Origin: a virus | Strand: one strand, 5' to 3' | Virus record (IMG/VR): IMGVR_UViG_3300045988_082360 | DNA: 63,050 bases | Made by a program: the position numbers and the translations under genes | Notes under the pieces: generated by a model | The model's input: only the letters and a program-made list of their open reading frames with translations | What the model was told of the DNA's origin: nothing | Databases searched by the model: none | Shown here: piece after piece, positions 50,275-61,260 of the stretch | How the letters are laid out: each line of letters starts with the position of its first letter | Numbering within the stretch: position 1 is the first letter of the stretch

Positions 50275-50652
50275 ATGATCACGTTCAGACAAAAGGGCGA
50301 CTTCTCCAAGCTGACGAGGTTTTTGGAGAGAGCCAAAGAAACGGTGCATCTCGGAGACCTCGATCAGTATGGCCGAGCCGGAGTGGCCGCTCTTGCGTCT
50401 GCAACGCCTGTTGACTCTGGAGAAACGGCCCAATCGTGGTATTACGAGATCACGAACAAGAAGGGTTTTGTGAGCATCTCGTTTCACAATTCAAATATTC
50501 AAAATGGAGTTCCAATTGCCATCATTTTGCAGTATGGGCATGGAACTGGAACCGGCGGCTGGGTAGCGGGACGTGATTACATCAATCCTGCTATCCGGCC
50601 TATTTTTGATCAAATCGCAAATGACGCATGGAAGGAGGTCACGAAGACATGA
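50275..50652 (+). CDS. small structural protein (HK97 gp10-like?)
   Basis: It contains SATPVDSGETAQSWYYEI. It lies just upstream of the tape measure. Confidence 0.35.
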   Translation: MITFRQKGDFSKLTRFLERAKETVHLGDLDQYGRAGVAALASATPVDSGETAQSWYYEITNKKGFVSISFHNSNIQNGVPIAIILQYGHGTGTGGWVAGRDYINPAIRPIFDQIANDAWKEVTKT

Positions 50653-53600
50653 GCACAACGATCGACGAGAGAGTTGTTGAAATGCGATTCGACAACCGTC
50701 AATTCGAGGCGGGTGTGAAGACAAGTTTGTCCACGCTCGACAAACTCAAAGAGGGTTTGGATCTGGACGGTGCGGCTAAAGGTCTGAAGGGCCTTGGCGA
50801 CGCAGCTAAAAAGTGCGACCTTTCGACCCTTAGCAATTCCGTCGAGACTGTTCGGATGAAATTCTCGGCGCTCGAAGTCATGGCGGTGACCGCCCTTTCA
50901 AACATTACCAACTCGGTCATCAATACCGGAAAACGGATGATCGAATCGTTTACATTGGAGCCTCCTAAACAAGGCTTTGACGAATACGAGCTTAAGATGG
51001 GCTCTATTCAGACGATCATGATGAGCACCGGCGCATCGTTGGAGGAGGTCAATAAGTATCTTCAGGAGCTGAACACCTACTCCGATAAGACGATTTACTC
51101 TTTCCAGGATATGACCTCCAATATCGGTAAGTTCACGAATGCCGGCGTCGGCCTTGAGGATGCTGTTATGGCTATCCAGGGCGTGTCGAATGTGGCTGCC
51201 GTATCCGGTGCAAATGCAAACGAGGCTTCCCGTGCAATGTATAACTTTGCGCAGGCCTTGTCCGCAGGATATGTCAAGCTGATCGACTGGAAATCCATTG
51301 AAAATGCGAACATGGCAACGGTGGAATTCAAGACGCAGCTTTTGGAGTCGGCTGTTGCGTGCGGAACTTTGACGAAAACCGCAGATGGAATGTATAAGAC
51401 CGTCAAGGGAAATGTCATCGACGCCACACATAATTTTAACGATTCTTTGCAGGACCAGTGGATGACGACGGAAGCTCTTGTCGGCACACTTCGTAATTAT
51501 GCGGATGAAACGACCGACATCGGCAAGAAGGCATTCGCGGCTGCACAGGATGTTAAGACATTCTCACAGTTGATGGACACCTTAAAGGAAGCTGCGGGTT
51601 CTGGTTGGGCCAACACATGGGAGATCCTCTTTGGTGACTTTGAAGAAGCTAAGGAATTGTGGACGGGTCTTAGTCAGGCGATCGGCGGATTTATTGATAC
51701 ACAGTCTGATGCTCGTAATTCAGTGCTTCAGGGATGGAAAGACCTTGGCGGCAGAACCGAGCTGATCGAGTCTCTCAAGAATACGCTCAAGGGAATCGGA
51801 ATGGTTATCAAGCCGATCACGGAGGCTTTTCGTGATATTTTTCCTCCAACTACGGCGGAACAGCTTCATAATCTGACGGAAGGACTGCTGAAGTTCACAG
51901 AAAAGCTGACGCTTAGTGACACTGCTTCTGAAAACCTGAAGAACACCTTCAAGGGTCTGTTCGCAATTCTTGATATTTGCAAGCGGGCAATCGGTGCAAT
52001 TCTGGGTCCGGTCGGTTCTCTTCTTGGGAAAGTAACCGGCTTAGGCGGTGGTGTTCTCGGCGTGACCGGCTCTATCGGAGAATGGCTCGTCAAGCTTGAC
52101 GAAGCGATCAAGAAGAACGACATTTTCGGAAAAGGCATTGAGAAAATATCCGACTTTGTGAGCGGTGCTGTTACGGCCATCAAGAATTTTGCCGAGTCTG
52201 TTCGTGAATACCTCGGTCTGCCGACGCTTGACGAAGCGAAGGAGTCTCTGAAAGAACTCTTTGGTACTGCCGAAGAGAAGATTCAGGTTCCCGGACTGAA
52301 ACTCCTGCACACGATCCTGGAGAAGCTGAAAGAGCGTGCCGGTCAGGTCAAAGACGCTATTGTCGGTCTGAAAGATGGCATCTCCGATGCGTTTTCTAAG
52401 ATTGGCGGAAATACAGATGTGTCGAAATTTGCCGCATTGATCCAAGCACTATCCGTTGCCGCTAAGAAAATTGGCGGGGGTATTTTCGATGTGGTCGGAA
52501 ACGGCATCAATAAGATCGTAACTGCGGTGAGTAACGCTGATTTTAGTGGAATCATCGACCTGCTGAACGGAATTTCTATCGGCGGTATTGCGATTGCCAT
52601 AACCAAATTCACCAATAGTTTGACGAAGCCCTTTGATGAAGTCGGAGGCCTTCTTGACAATGTGAAGGGGATTCTGGATGGGGTTCGTGGATGCTTTGAG
52701 GCGTATCAGACGCAGTTAAAAGCCGGAACTTTGCTGAAAATAGCAAGCGCTATTGCGATTCTGGCAGCATCTATCGTCGCGATTTCTCTTATTGATAGTG
52801 AGAAGTTATCTGCGTCACTGGGAGCTATTACGGTTCTCTTTGCCGAATTGATGGCATCCATGTCGGTCTTTACCAAAATCAGCGGAGATGTTAAAGGTGC
52901 GGTGAAGAGTTCGACAATGATGCTCGCCATGTCTACATCTATCCTGATCCTTGCATCAGCTCTAAAGAAGATCGGTGACTTGGATGGTGGACAGCTTGCA
53001 AAAGGTGTTGCCGGTGTGACGGCCTTGATGGCGGCGATGGTCGGTGCGGTGAAGCTGCTTAACATGAGCGGCGGTTCTTCGATGAAGGGCGCGACACAGA
53101 TGGTTCTCTTTGCGGCTTCCATCAAGATCCTTGCATCGGTCTGCACAGACCTTGCAACGCTTGAATGGGGTGGGCTTGCAAAAGGGCTGACCGGTGTCGG
53201 TGTACTGCTGGCAGAAGTCTCACTCTTTATGAACACCGCAAAGTTCAGTGGAAAGTCTTTGACAACAGCGGCGGGCATCGTCATTCTTGCCTCGGCAATC
53301 AAAATCCTGGCATCCGCCTGTAAGGATCTCGGTAGTCTCGATTTCGGACAGCTTGTGAAGGGGCTTGGCTCCATTGGTGTTCTTCTGGCGGAGATCACGG
53401 TCTTTACCAAGTTGACCGGCGATGCAAAGGGTCTGGTGTCCACCGGGATCGCGATGATCGGGATTGGCGCTGCTATGAAGATCTTTGCTTCCGCGATGGG
53501 CGACTTCGGAAACCTTGACTGGAATCAGATCGCCAAGGGGCTTGTCGCTATGGGCGGTGCATTGGCCGAAGTTGCTATCGCTATGAAAGTGATGCCGAAG

Positions 53601-56600
53601 AACACGATAAGTGTTGGCGTTGGTCTGATCGCTGTCGGTGCAGCACTTGAGATCGTGGCAAATGCCCTTGGAAAGATGGGCGGTATGACCTGGGAAGAGA
53701 TCGTAAAGGGGCTCGTCACAATGGGCGGCGCTCTTGCAGAGCTTGCCATCGGTCTGAATGTGATGAACGGTACTTTGCCTGGCTCTGCTGCCATGCTGGT
53801 AGCGGCTGGCGCATTGGCTATTCTGACTCCGGTGCTGCTGGCTCTTGGCTCAATGAGTTGGGAGAGCATCGCCAAGGGGCTTGTGACGATTGCCGGTGCA
53901 TTCACCGTGATCGGTGTGGCCGGTCTTGTGCTGACTCCTCTTGTTCCGACGATCCTGGCGCTTGCCGGAGCATTTGCGTTGATCGGTGTCGGTACCGCAG
54001 CTATCGGAGCAGGTCTTCTCGCTGCCGGTGCCGGACTGTCGGCTATTGCAGTCGGCATTACCGCCTTGGCTACTTCTCTTGGCGCAGGTGTGACCGTTAT
54101 TGTGGCAGGACTCAGCACGATCATCACAGGGATTGCCGCGTTGATCCCTGCCATTGCCGAAAAGCTCGGCGAGGCTATTATAGCGTTCTGCGGCGTGATC
54201 GCTCAGGGAGCTCCCGCTATTGGAGAAGCTGTTAAGGCCGTCATTCTTACGCTGGTGGATGTACTTGTTGAGTGCGTCCCTGCCATTGCTGACGGTGCAT
54301 TAGCACTGCTGTCTGGAGTGCTCGCTTCTCTTGCAAACTATACTCCGGAAATCGTTGACTCTGTCATGCTGTTCCTGATCAACCTGCTGAACGGCATTGC
54401 AGAGCGGCTGCCCGAACTCATTCAGGCGGCAGTCAATGTGATCGCGGCATTCTTCTCCGGCATCATTGATGCTCTGGCAGGACTTGATACAAGCGTATTG
54501 GTGAAAACCATCGCCGGCATCGGTCTGCTGTCCGGCATTATGGTCGCATTGGGTGCGGTAGCCGCATTGATCCCCAGCGCTATGATGGGTGTGCTCGGCA
54601 TGGGTGCTCTTATCGCTGAGCTGGCAATCGTTCTTGCTGCTGTTGGTGCCCTTGCGCAGATCCCCGGCCTTTCCTGGCTGATCGGTGAGGGCGGCAAGCT
54701 GCTGGAGCAGATCGGTACGGCGATCGGTGGGTTTGTCGGCGGCATTGTCGGCGGATTCATGAGTGGTATTTCCAGTCAGTTCCCGCAGATCGGCAGTGAC
54801 CTTGCGGCGTTTATGACAAATGTTCAGCCGTTTATCGACGGCGCAAGCAGTATCTCTCCGGCAATGTTCAGCGGTGTGCAGGCATTGACAGACGCGATAT
54901 TGCTGCTGACGAAGGCCGAGCTTGTGCAGGGTATTGCGTCCTGGTTCACGGGTAGTTCTTCTCTTTCGGATTTTGCTGATGAGCTCGTTCCGTTCGGAGA
55001 AAGCATGGCGGAGTTCAGCACCGCAATCAGCGGGATGGACGCCGACCTTGTTTCCAAAGCGGCGACTGCCGGTAAGGCACTTGCAGAGATGGCCACAACG
55101 CTGCCGAACAGCGGCGGTGTAGTCGGCTTCTTTGCCGGTGAGAATGACATGGACAAGTTTGGAGAGCAGTTGGTTCCGTTCGGCAAGGCTATGAAGGACT
55201 ACTCTCTCGCTGTCAAAGGAATGGATGTCGGTGCTGTCAGCAATTCCGCTTCTGCCGGTAAGGCTCTCGTGGAACTCTCCAATACCATTCCGAACTGCGG
55301 CGGGCTTGTGAGCTTTTTTACCGGAGACAACAGCATTGCAGATTTCGGCGACCAGCTCGTTCTCTTCGGCAATGGTCTTGCGGCTTACTCCGCCTCTATC
55401 GAGGGTATCAACATGAGCAAGCTCTCCGGCGCGATCACACAGGTCGAGAAGCTGGTGGCGCTTGCCGATACGGTGAAGAATATGGATCAGTATGCATTTG
55501 TGAACTTTACGAATGCGCTGGTTCTGCTGGCAAACACAAGTATCAAAAACTTTACCGACGCCTTTTATAACAGCGGAGCTACCGTGAGCACGGCGGTCAT
55601 CTATATGCTCAATTCCGCAGGCACGACCATCCGGCAGAACCAGACGATCGTTAATGTGGCGATGGCTGAGCTGATGCTTGCGATGGCCGCGACCGTGAAA
55701 GCACATACCGCGAGCATGAATACCGCGGTCGTGCAGATGATGGTCGGCTTCAGCACCACGATCCGCAGCAACGGTGCTTCCGTGCGGACGGCGATGCAGT
55801 CTGTCATGCTGGTCGTTGTGGCAGAAGTGAACAACTACAAGGATCAGTTCAATGAAGCCGGCAGGAATGTTTCGCAGGGCTTTATCAACGGCATCCGCTC
55901 GAAGCTGAGCGGCGCCTCTCAGGCTGGCCGTGATTTGGGTCTTGCGGCGCTGAATGCGGCAAAGAAGGCGCTGGACAGCCATTCTCCCTCCCGCGAGTTT
56001 ATCGAGCTTGGTAAAAACATCGGCGAGGGTATGACCATCGGTATCAACAATGCGATCGTTCCGGTTTCTTCAGCCGCGGCAAAGATGAGCGATGAAGCCA
56101 TCAAGGTCGCACAGAAGGGACTCGACTCCTTTAAGGATTGGGCGGAAGAGCGGAAATATTACAGCGAGCTCAGCTTGAAAGAGGAGCTTGCCGGATGGGA
56201 AACGCTCCAGAAGAAATACCGCGAGGGCAGTGAGGAACGAAAGCAGATCGACCGCGAGGTCTATCGTGTTCAAAATGAGTTGGTTACGGCCACTTATCAG
56301 TATTCGATGAACTGGATCGAAGAGCAGAAATCGTATAACAAGCTGACTCTTGCAGAGGAACTGGCTGCCTATAAGCGTGTTCAGAGCCGATATGCCAAGG
56401 GGACAGAGCTGCGGAAGAAGCTCGACCTGCAAGTTTACCAGTTGGAGAAAGAGATCAGCGACGCGCAGAAACAGTATATCTCTGATGTGCAGTCTGTGCA
56501 GAGCGAGGCGAACCAGAAGCGGCTCGACCTGGAGGAAGAGTACGCCGATAAGGTAAAGTCGATCAATGCGCAACTGGCGAGCGATATTCAGGCTGAGAAC

Positions 56601-57836
56601 GACAAGTACGAGAATGCTCTGAAATCCCGCGAGGATTCCCTCTATAAGTCCTATGGCCTCTTTGACGCTGTGAAGGAGCGTGATGAGGTCAGCGGCGACA
56701 CCCTGATGAAGAATCTTGAGGGTCAGGTCAAGGAATTTGGCGAATGGCAGGATATTTTAGAGTCTCTTGCCGGCAGAGGACTTGACAGTGACCTCCTTGA
56801 AGAACTTCAGGACATGGGTCCCGACGCGATCGCCCAGATCAAGGCGCTGAACAACATGAGCGACTCCGAGCTTGAGAAGTATGCTGACCTCTGGAAGGTC
56901 AAGCACGCAATGGCTCGCGAGCAGGCGGTCGGCGAATTAGAGGGGCTGCGCGAAGAGACCCAGCAGAATATTGCAAAACTCCGCGAGGAGGCCGATCAGG
57001 AGCTTACCGAGTATCGTGCTCTCTGGCAGGAGAAGATGAATCAGGTCACGGAAGACGCCAACGCTCAGTTGGAACAGCTCCGCAGAAGCTTTGAGGAAAA
57101 GGTTGGTCTTATCAAGAACAATACTGAGGATGAGCTTCAGGAGATGGCCGACACGGCGCAGAAGGTTCTGACGGAAGCTGGTTGGGATGAGACCGGCAAG
57201 CAGATCGTCAAGGGGCTTACTGAAGGCGTTCAGTCTGAGAAGTCCAGCTTTGTTGATGAGATCACGCAACTGGCTCTTGCAGGCGTACAGGCGGCGAAAT
57301 CGACACTGGACATCCGCTCTCCATCGAGGGTGTTCCGTGAGATCGGTAACTACACCGGCCTTGGTTTCGTGAAAGGTCTTCAGGACTATGTTGACCGCTC
57401 TTATGCGGCCGGTTCTGAGATGGCGGAGTCGGCCGAGGGCGGTCTTTCCGGTGTGCTCCAGACCATTGCCGACATCGTGAGCGGCGGGTTCGATATGGAG
57501 CCGGTGATCCGTCCTGTTCTGGATCTCTCTGCCGTATCGGCCGGAGCAGACGCCTTGAACAACCTATTCTATTCGCAGCGAGCGGTCGGCCTTGTCGGGC
57601 AGGCTGCCGTTGCATTTGAGGCACAGCGCGGCGGAAGCAGCCAGACAACCATTTCCGTCGACAATGATGATGTTGTGGCTGAACTCCGCACGCTTCGAGG
57701 TGAGATGGCTTCGATGCTGGAACGCATGGAGAAGCTGCGTGTTGTGCTGAACACCGGTGCGCTCGTCGGCGAACTTGCTGAACCGATGGATGTGGCACTC
57801 GGACAGCGGTCTACACAAAGAGGAAGGGGGATTTAA
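50649..57836 (+). CDS. tape measure protein (2,395 aa)
   Basis: It is the longest ORF, in the tail module. It has Gly/Ala-rich hydrophobic ~55-aa repeats (..ILASA.KDLG.LD..QLAKGL..), three ~60-aa repeats (F.D.LVPFG..M..YS.A..GMD...) and coiled-coil repeats. Confidence 0.85.
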   Translation: MSTTIDERVVEMRFDNRQFEAGVKTSLSTLDKLKEGLDLDGAAKGLKGLGDAAKKCDLSTLSNSVETVRMKFSALEVMAVTALSNITNSVINTGKRMIESFTLEPPKQGFDEYELKMGSIQTIMMSTGASLEEVNKYLQELNTYSDKTIYSFQDMTSNIGKFTNAGVGLEDAVMAIQGVSNVAAVSGANANEASRAMYNFAQALSAGYVKLIDWKSIENANMATVEFKTQLLESAVACGTLTKTADGMYKTVKGNVIDATHNFNDSLQDQWMTTEALVGTLRNYADETTDIGKKAFAAAQDVKTFSQLMDTLKEAAGSGWANTWEILFGDFEEAKELWTGLSQAIGGFIDTQSDARNSVLQGWKDLGGRTELIESLKNTLKGIGMVIKPITEAFRDIFPPTTAEQLHNLTEGLLKFTEKLTLSDTASENLKNTFKGLFAILDICKRAIGAILGPVGSLLGKVTGLGGGVLGVTGSIGEWLVKLDEAIKKNDIFGKGIEKISDFVSGAVTAIKNFAESVREYLGLPTLDEAKESLKELFGTAEEKIQVPGLKLLHTILEKLKERAGQVKDAIVGLKDGISDAFSKIGGNTDVSKFAALIQALSVAAKKIGGGIFDVVGNGINKIVTAVSNADFSGIIDLLNGISIGGIAIAITKFTNSLTKPFDEVGGLLDNVKGILDGVRGCFEAYQTQLKAGTLLKIASAIAILAASIVAISLIDSEKLSASLGAITVLFAELMASMSVFTKISGDVKGAVKSSTMMLAMSTSILILASALKKIGDLDGGQLAKGVAGVTALMAAMVGAVKLLNMSGGSSMKGATQMVLFAASIKILASVCTDLATLEWGGLAKGLTGVGVLLAEVSLFMNTAKFSGKSLTTAAGIVILASAIKILASACKDLGSLDFGQLVKGLGSIGVLLAEITVFTKLTGDAKGLVSTGIAMIGIGAAMKIFASAMGDFGNLDWNQIAKGLVAMGGALAEVAIAMKVMPKNTISVGVGLIAVGAALEIVANALGKMGGMTWEEIVKGLVTMGGALAELAIGLNVMNGTLPGSAAMLVAAGALAILTPVLLALGSMSWESIAKGLVTIAGAFTVIGVAGLVLTPLVPTILALAGAFALIGVGTAAIGAGLLAAGAGLSAIAVGITALATSLGAGVTVIVAGLSTIITGIAALIPAIAEKLGEAIIAFCGVIAQGAPAIGEAVKAVILTLVDVLVECVPAIADGALALLSGVLASLANYTPEIVDSVMLFLINLLNGIAERLPELIQAAVNVIAAFFSGIIDALAGLDTSVLVKTIAGIGLLSGIMVALGAVAALIPSAMMGVLGMGALIAELAIVLAAVGALAQIPGLSWLIGEGGKLLEQIGTAIGGFVGGIVGGFMSGISSQFPQIGSDLAAFMTNVQPFIDGASSISPAMFSGVQALTDAILLLTKAELVQGIASWFTGSSSLSDFADELVPFGESMAEFSTAISGMDADLVSKAATAGKALAEMATTLPNSGGVVGFFAGENDMDKFGEQLVPFGKAMKDYSLAVKGMDVGAVSNSASAGKALVELSNTIPNCGGLVSFFTGDNSIADFGDQLVLFGNGLAAYSASIEGINMSKLSGAITQVEKLVALADTVKNMDQYAFVNFTNALVLLANTSIKNFTDAFYNSGATVSTAVIYMLNSAGTTIRQNQTIVNVAMAELMLAMAATVKAHTASMNTAVVQMMVGFSTTIRSNGASVRTAMQSVMLVVVAEVNNYKDQFNEAGRNVSQGFINGIRSKLSGASQAGRDLGLAALNAAKKALDSHSPSREFIELGKNIGEGMTIGINNAIVPVSSAAAKMSDEAIKVAQKGLDSFKDWAEERKYYSELSLKEELAGWETLQKKYREGSEERKQIDREVYRVQNELVTATYQYSMNWIEEQKSYNKLTLAEELAAYKRVQSRYAKGTELRKKLDLQVYQLEKEISDAQKQYISDVQSVQSEANQKRLDLEEEYADKVKSINAQLASDIQAENDKYENALKSREDSLYKSYGLFDAVKERDEVSGDTLMKNLEGQVKEFGEWQDILESLAGRGLDSDLLEELQDMGPDAIAQIKALNNMSDSELEKYADLWKVKHAMAREQAVGELEGLREETQQNIAKLREEADQELTEYRALWQEKMNQVTEDANAQLEQLRRSFEEKVGLIKNNTEDELQEMADTAQKVLTEAGWDETGKQIVKGLTEGVQSEKSSFVDEITQLALAGVQAAKSTLDIRSPSRVFREIGNYTGLGFVKGLQDYVDRSYAAGSEMAESAEGGLSGVLQTIADIVSGGFDMEPVIRPVLDLSAVSAGADALNNLFYSQRAVGLVGQAAVAFEAQRGGSSQTTISVDNDDVVAELRTLRGEMASMLERMEKLRVVLNTGALVGELAEPMDVALGQRSTQRGRGI

Positions 57837-57837
57837 G

Positions 57838-58599
57838 TTGTACCATTCGATCACATTTGGCGATAAGAACACATGGGACGATTGGCGGCTTGTCCCCGCT
57901 TCCCGTCCGCTATTCAATCCGCCTGCACAAAAGGTGAAGACTCTGGACATTCCCGGTGGGGACGGCGTCATTGATCTGTCGCAAGCCCTCACCGGGTATC
58001 CGGTGTATCAGAACCGGACAGGGTCTATCGAGTTTATTGTCATGAACGACTTTAAGCCGTGGCACATGGCTTACTCGGACATTATGGACTATCTGCACGG
58101 ACAGACCATGCGGGCGATCCTTGAGGACGATCCTGAATATTTCTACGAAGGGCGCTTCACAGTGAACGCCTGGAAGTCGGAAAAGGACTGGTCGCGGCTC
58201 GTCATCGACTACGATGTCGGCCCGTACAAGTGGAAAAACCTTTCCTCCATCGACAACTGGCTATGGGACCCGTTCAACTTTCAAAATGGAGTCATTCAGG
58301 CAGCTTTGTTCCGCAACATTGCGGTGACGACAGAGAGGAAAGAGATCGAGCTGGACGCGGTGATGTACGGACGGGCTCCGGTATGCCCCAGATTCATTGT
58401 GCAAAGCAGTGAGGGACGCGGCGTTCATGTCCGATTTGTCAACCGTCAGCTCAGCATCGACCTGATAAAGCTTTTGCCGGAGGGAACCATTCAGATCCCT
58501 GAGTTTATTCTGTTTGGCGACTACGGCGGGACGATCTATCTTTGGGTTGACGAGGGAACGGGGACCGTGTCCGTTGATTTCAGACAAGGGAGGTTGTAA
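57838..58599 (+). CDS. distal tail protein (Dit-like)
   Basis: TTG 57838 follows AGGAAGGGGG directly after the tape-measure stop. The pattern is ITFGDKNTWDDWRLVPASRP. Confidence 0.55.
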   Translation: MYHSITFGDKNTWDDWRLVPASRPLFNPPAQKVKTLDIPGGDGVIDLSQALTGYPVYQNRTGSIEFIVMNDFKPWHMAYSDIMDYLHGQTMRAILEDDPEYFYEGRFTVNAWKSEKDWSRLVIDYDVGPYKWKNLSSIDNWLWDPFNFQNGVIQAALFRNIAVTTERKEIELDAVMYGRAPVCPRFIVQSSEGRGVHVRFVNRQLSIDLIKLLPEGTIQIPEFILFGDYGGTIYLWVDEGTGTVSVDFRQGRL

Positions 58600-58602
58600 G
58601 CG

Positions 58603-61260
58603 ATGTATTCTGTTTATGCCGATGGCGTCTGCATCTACAATGATGCCTTCGCGTTGGACAACATGAAGCTTGCAAGCCCCAAGCTGACGCTGGAAGACAA
58701 TGCGGCCGGTTCCTTCGTGATGACGGTTCCGCCCTCCAATCTCGGATACAGCACCATCATCCGTATGGTGACCGACATTGCCGTCCACAAGGACGGAAAA
58801 GAGATCTGGGCGGGGCGCGTCCTCTCTGAAAACGAGGACTTTTACAGAAACCGGGTGCTTACTTGCGAGGGCGAGCTTGCATTCTTCAACGACAGCACAC
58901 AGCCGCCTGCGGAGTACGCCGGAGGGACGATCCGTGAGTACCTTGAGGCGATGATCGCCATTCACAACGCAAAGGTCGGAGACAACCGGAAGTTCACCGT
59001 CGGCATTGTTACTGTGGTGGATGAAGATTTTCCGACTTATTACACCAACTATGAAAAGACCATCACGATCTTGAATGCGTTGGTGGCGCAGTACGGCGGT
59101 CATCTGCGGGTGCGTAAGGAAGACGGAATCCGCTATCTCGACTATTTGGCGGATTACCCCGACACTTGCAGCCAGACGATCCAGTTCGGCTCCAACCTCA
59201 TCGAACACACCAAGGGATGGGATATGACGGAGTTTGCAACGGTCATCGTTCCGCTTGGCAACAGGCTTGACAAGAGCGAGATCGAGGCCTTGGACGCCTA
59301 TCTGACCGTTGAGAGCGTGAATGAGGGCAGCCTTTATGTCCAGTCCTCCGAGGCTGTGAAAACCTATGGCTGGATCGAGAAAACAGTGATATGGGACAGC
59401 GTTTCTGATCCTGAAGCGCTGCTGGAAAAGGCGAAGGCATATCTTGCCGACTTGCAGTTCGACAACATGGAACTGGAAGTGAGTGCCCTTGACCTCCACT
59501 ATCTCAACGCAAATGTAGAAGCCGTTAAGCTTTTAGACGAGATCCGCGTGATCTCGCGGCCGCATGGGCTTGACCGTGTATTTCCTGTCACGAAGCTGGA
59601 GATCCCTCTGGACAGTCCGGAGAATACCCAGTTTACGCTTGGCGACACGGTGCAGACAAGCCTTACCAGTGTGAACAACCAGATCAGCGCCGCTATCCTT
59701 GAGAAAATCGAGGGTCTCCCAAAGGCGCACAACATCCTAAAAGAGGCAAAAGAAAACGCCACACAGATCATGACAGCGGCCACGACCGGCTACATCACGA
59801 TCACACGGGACGAATACGGTTCTGACACGCTTTATATTTCCAATATCCGCGACTATACCAAAGCCGACAAGCTCTGGAAATGGAACATGAACGGTCTTGG
59901 CTACTCCAAGGATTACGGAAAGACCTTTGGGCTTGCCATCACAATGGATGGTTCTATTGTGGCAGACTATATCACGACCGGTGTTCTCAATGCCGATGTG
60001 ATCCGCGCCGGTACGCTGAAAGATTACGGCGGAAACTTCTCGCTTGACTTCGAGAGCGGCAAGCTGACGATGAAGAAAGGCTCCATCGACATTGGAGACG
60101 GAAACTTCACCGTTGACGAAGAAGGCAACCTTACCGCACGCCGAGGCACCTTTGCGGGTACTCTGGCTGCGGCGAAAGGCACCTTCAGCGGTACGCTGGT
60201 CGGTGTGGACGGAAACTTCAAGGGCGTGGTTCAGGCCTCTGACTTCCTTGACCGAGCGGGCAACAGCATGATGGACGATGAGCGATTCAAGTCTAAATAC
60301 CTGAGCGTCTACGGGCTTACCGTTACCAACGGTGTCCGCACGACCTTTGCTGTTGATTCCAGCGGTTCCGTTACCATAGACGGTAAGGTGACGCTGTCCG
60401 CCGGAAGCACGATCAACTGGGCGTCCGTGACGAACCAGAACCTCACCTCCAACCCCGCCTACTCGCTGGCAAGCACGGCGAATGCAAACGCGGCCACTGC
60501 AAAGAGCGCAGCAGACGACGCTTATGATGAGGCTTCTGCTGCATGGTCGAGAGCAAATAAGGCCTATCAGGATCGGTGCACCGACCAGAATGTGTTTGAT
60601 GTGCTCACCTCAGGTGGTACGAAGTTCGGTATTTTCAGCGACTCATACAGCGGACGGCTTTACATCAATGCCGATTATATTCGCTCCGGCACAATCAATG
60701 CCGATTATATCGACCTATCATGCGATTATGGTGGATTCTGCAAAGGGCATGGCTCTGACGGTCAGCATACGACCTACGGTGCGATGATGTATGGTTCTAA
60801 CGGTCCTGGTTGGGAGCCTTATATTATTGTTACCAATGCCGGCGCCCGTATCTCCGGAACCGGAGCAGACCTTGTCGTTTCCGGCGGCATCACCATGAGT
60901 GAAGAGCCAAGTTACGGTTCCGACTTAAGGATCAAGAACAGCATCGACTATGATCTTGCCTCTTATGAGGCGTTCTTCCTTGCGCTGAAGCCGTCCACCT
61001 TCAAGTACAACAAAGGTACTTCCGGGCGGAAACATTTCGGCTTTATCGCCCAGGATGTAGAACAGGCAATGCTTGACACCGGACTTACGTCAGATCAACT
61101 TGCGGCACTTGTCAAAGATCCTGTCAAAGAGATCCTTTCGGATGGCATCACGGACTACCGTTACAGCATCCGATACGGCGAACTTATTGCGCTCAATACG
61201 CACATGATCCAGAAACTCTATCAAATGGTCGAAGAACTGCTTCAGCAAAAGGAGGGATAA
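58603..61260 (+). CDS. tail-associated / fibre protein with C-terminal S74 intramolecular-chaperone domain
   Basis: 885 aa following Dit. The C-terminus SDLRIKNSI...FKYNKGTSGRKHFGFIAQDVEQ...YSIRYGELIALNTHMIQKL is typical of the endosialidase-chaperone (Peptidase_S74) module. Confidence 0.7.
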   Translation: MYSVYADGVCIYNDAFALDNMKLASPKLTLEDNAAGSFVMTVPPSNLGYSTIIRMVTDIAVHKDGKEIWAGRVLSENEDFYRNRVLTCEGELAFFNDSTQPPAEYAGGTIREYLEAMIAIHNAKVGDNRKFTVGIVTVVDEDFPTYYTNYEKTITILNALVAQYGGHLRVRKEDGIRYLDYLADYPDTCSQTIQFGSNLIEHTKGWDMTEFATVIVPLGNRLDKSEIEALDAYLTVESVNEGSLYVQSSEAVKTYGWIEKTVIWDSVSDPEALLEKAKAYLADLQFDNMELEVSALDLHYLNANVEAVKLLDEIRVISRPHGLDRVFPVTKLEIPLDSPENTQFTLGDTVQTSLTSVNNQISAAILEKIEGLPKAHNILKEAKENATQIMTAATTGYITITRDEYGSDTLYISNIRDYTKADKLWKWNMNGLGYSKDYGKTFGLAITMDGSIVADYITTGVLNADVIRAGTLKDYGGNFSLDFESGKLTMKKGSIDIGDGNFTVDEEGNLTARRGTFAGTLAAAKGTFSGTLVGVDGNFKGVVQASDFLDRAGNSMMDDERFKSKYLSVYGLTVTNGVRTTFAVDSSGSVTIDGKVTLSAGSTINWASVTNQNLTSNPAYSLASTANANAATAKSAADDAYDEASAAWSRANKAYQDRCTDQNVFDVLTSGGTKFGIFSDSYSGRLYINADYIRSGTINADYIDLSCDYGGFCKGHGSDGQHTTYGAMMYGSNGPGWEPYIIVTNAGARISGTGADLVVSGGITMSEEPSYGSDLRIKNSIDYDLASYEAFFLALKPSTFKYNKGTSGRKHFGFIAQDVEQAMLDTGLTSDQLAALVKDPVKEILSDGITDYRYSIRYGELIALNTHMIQKLYQMVEELLQQKEG

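Noticed and set aside
52700-55500. Periodic repeats that could be mistaken for a CRISPR array or tandem satellite.
   Set aside because: The repeats are diverged, in frame, and translate into the hydrophobic and FG-containing repeat units of the tape measure protein. There are no short exact direct repeats with unique spacers anywhere in the window.
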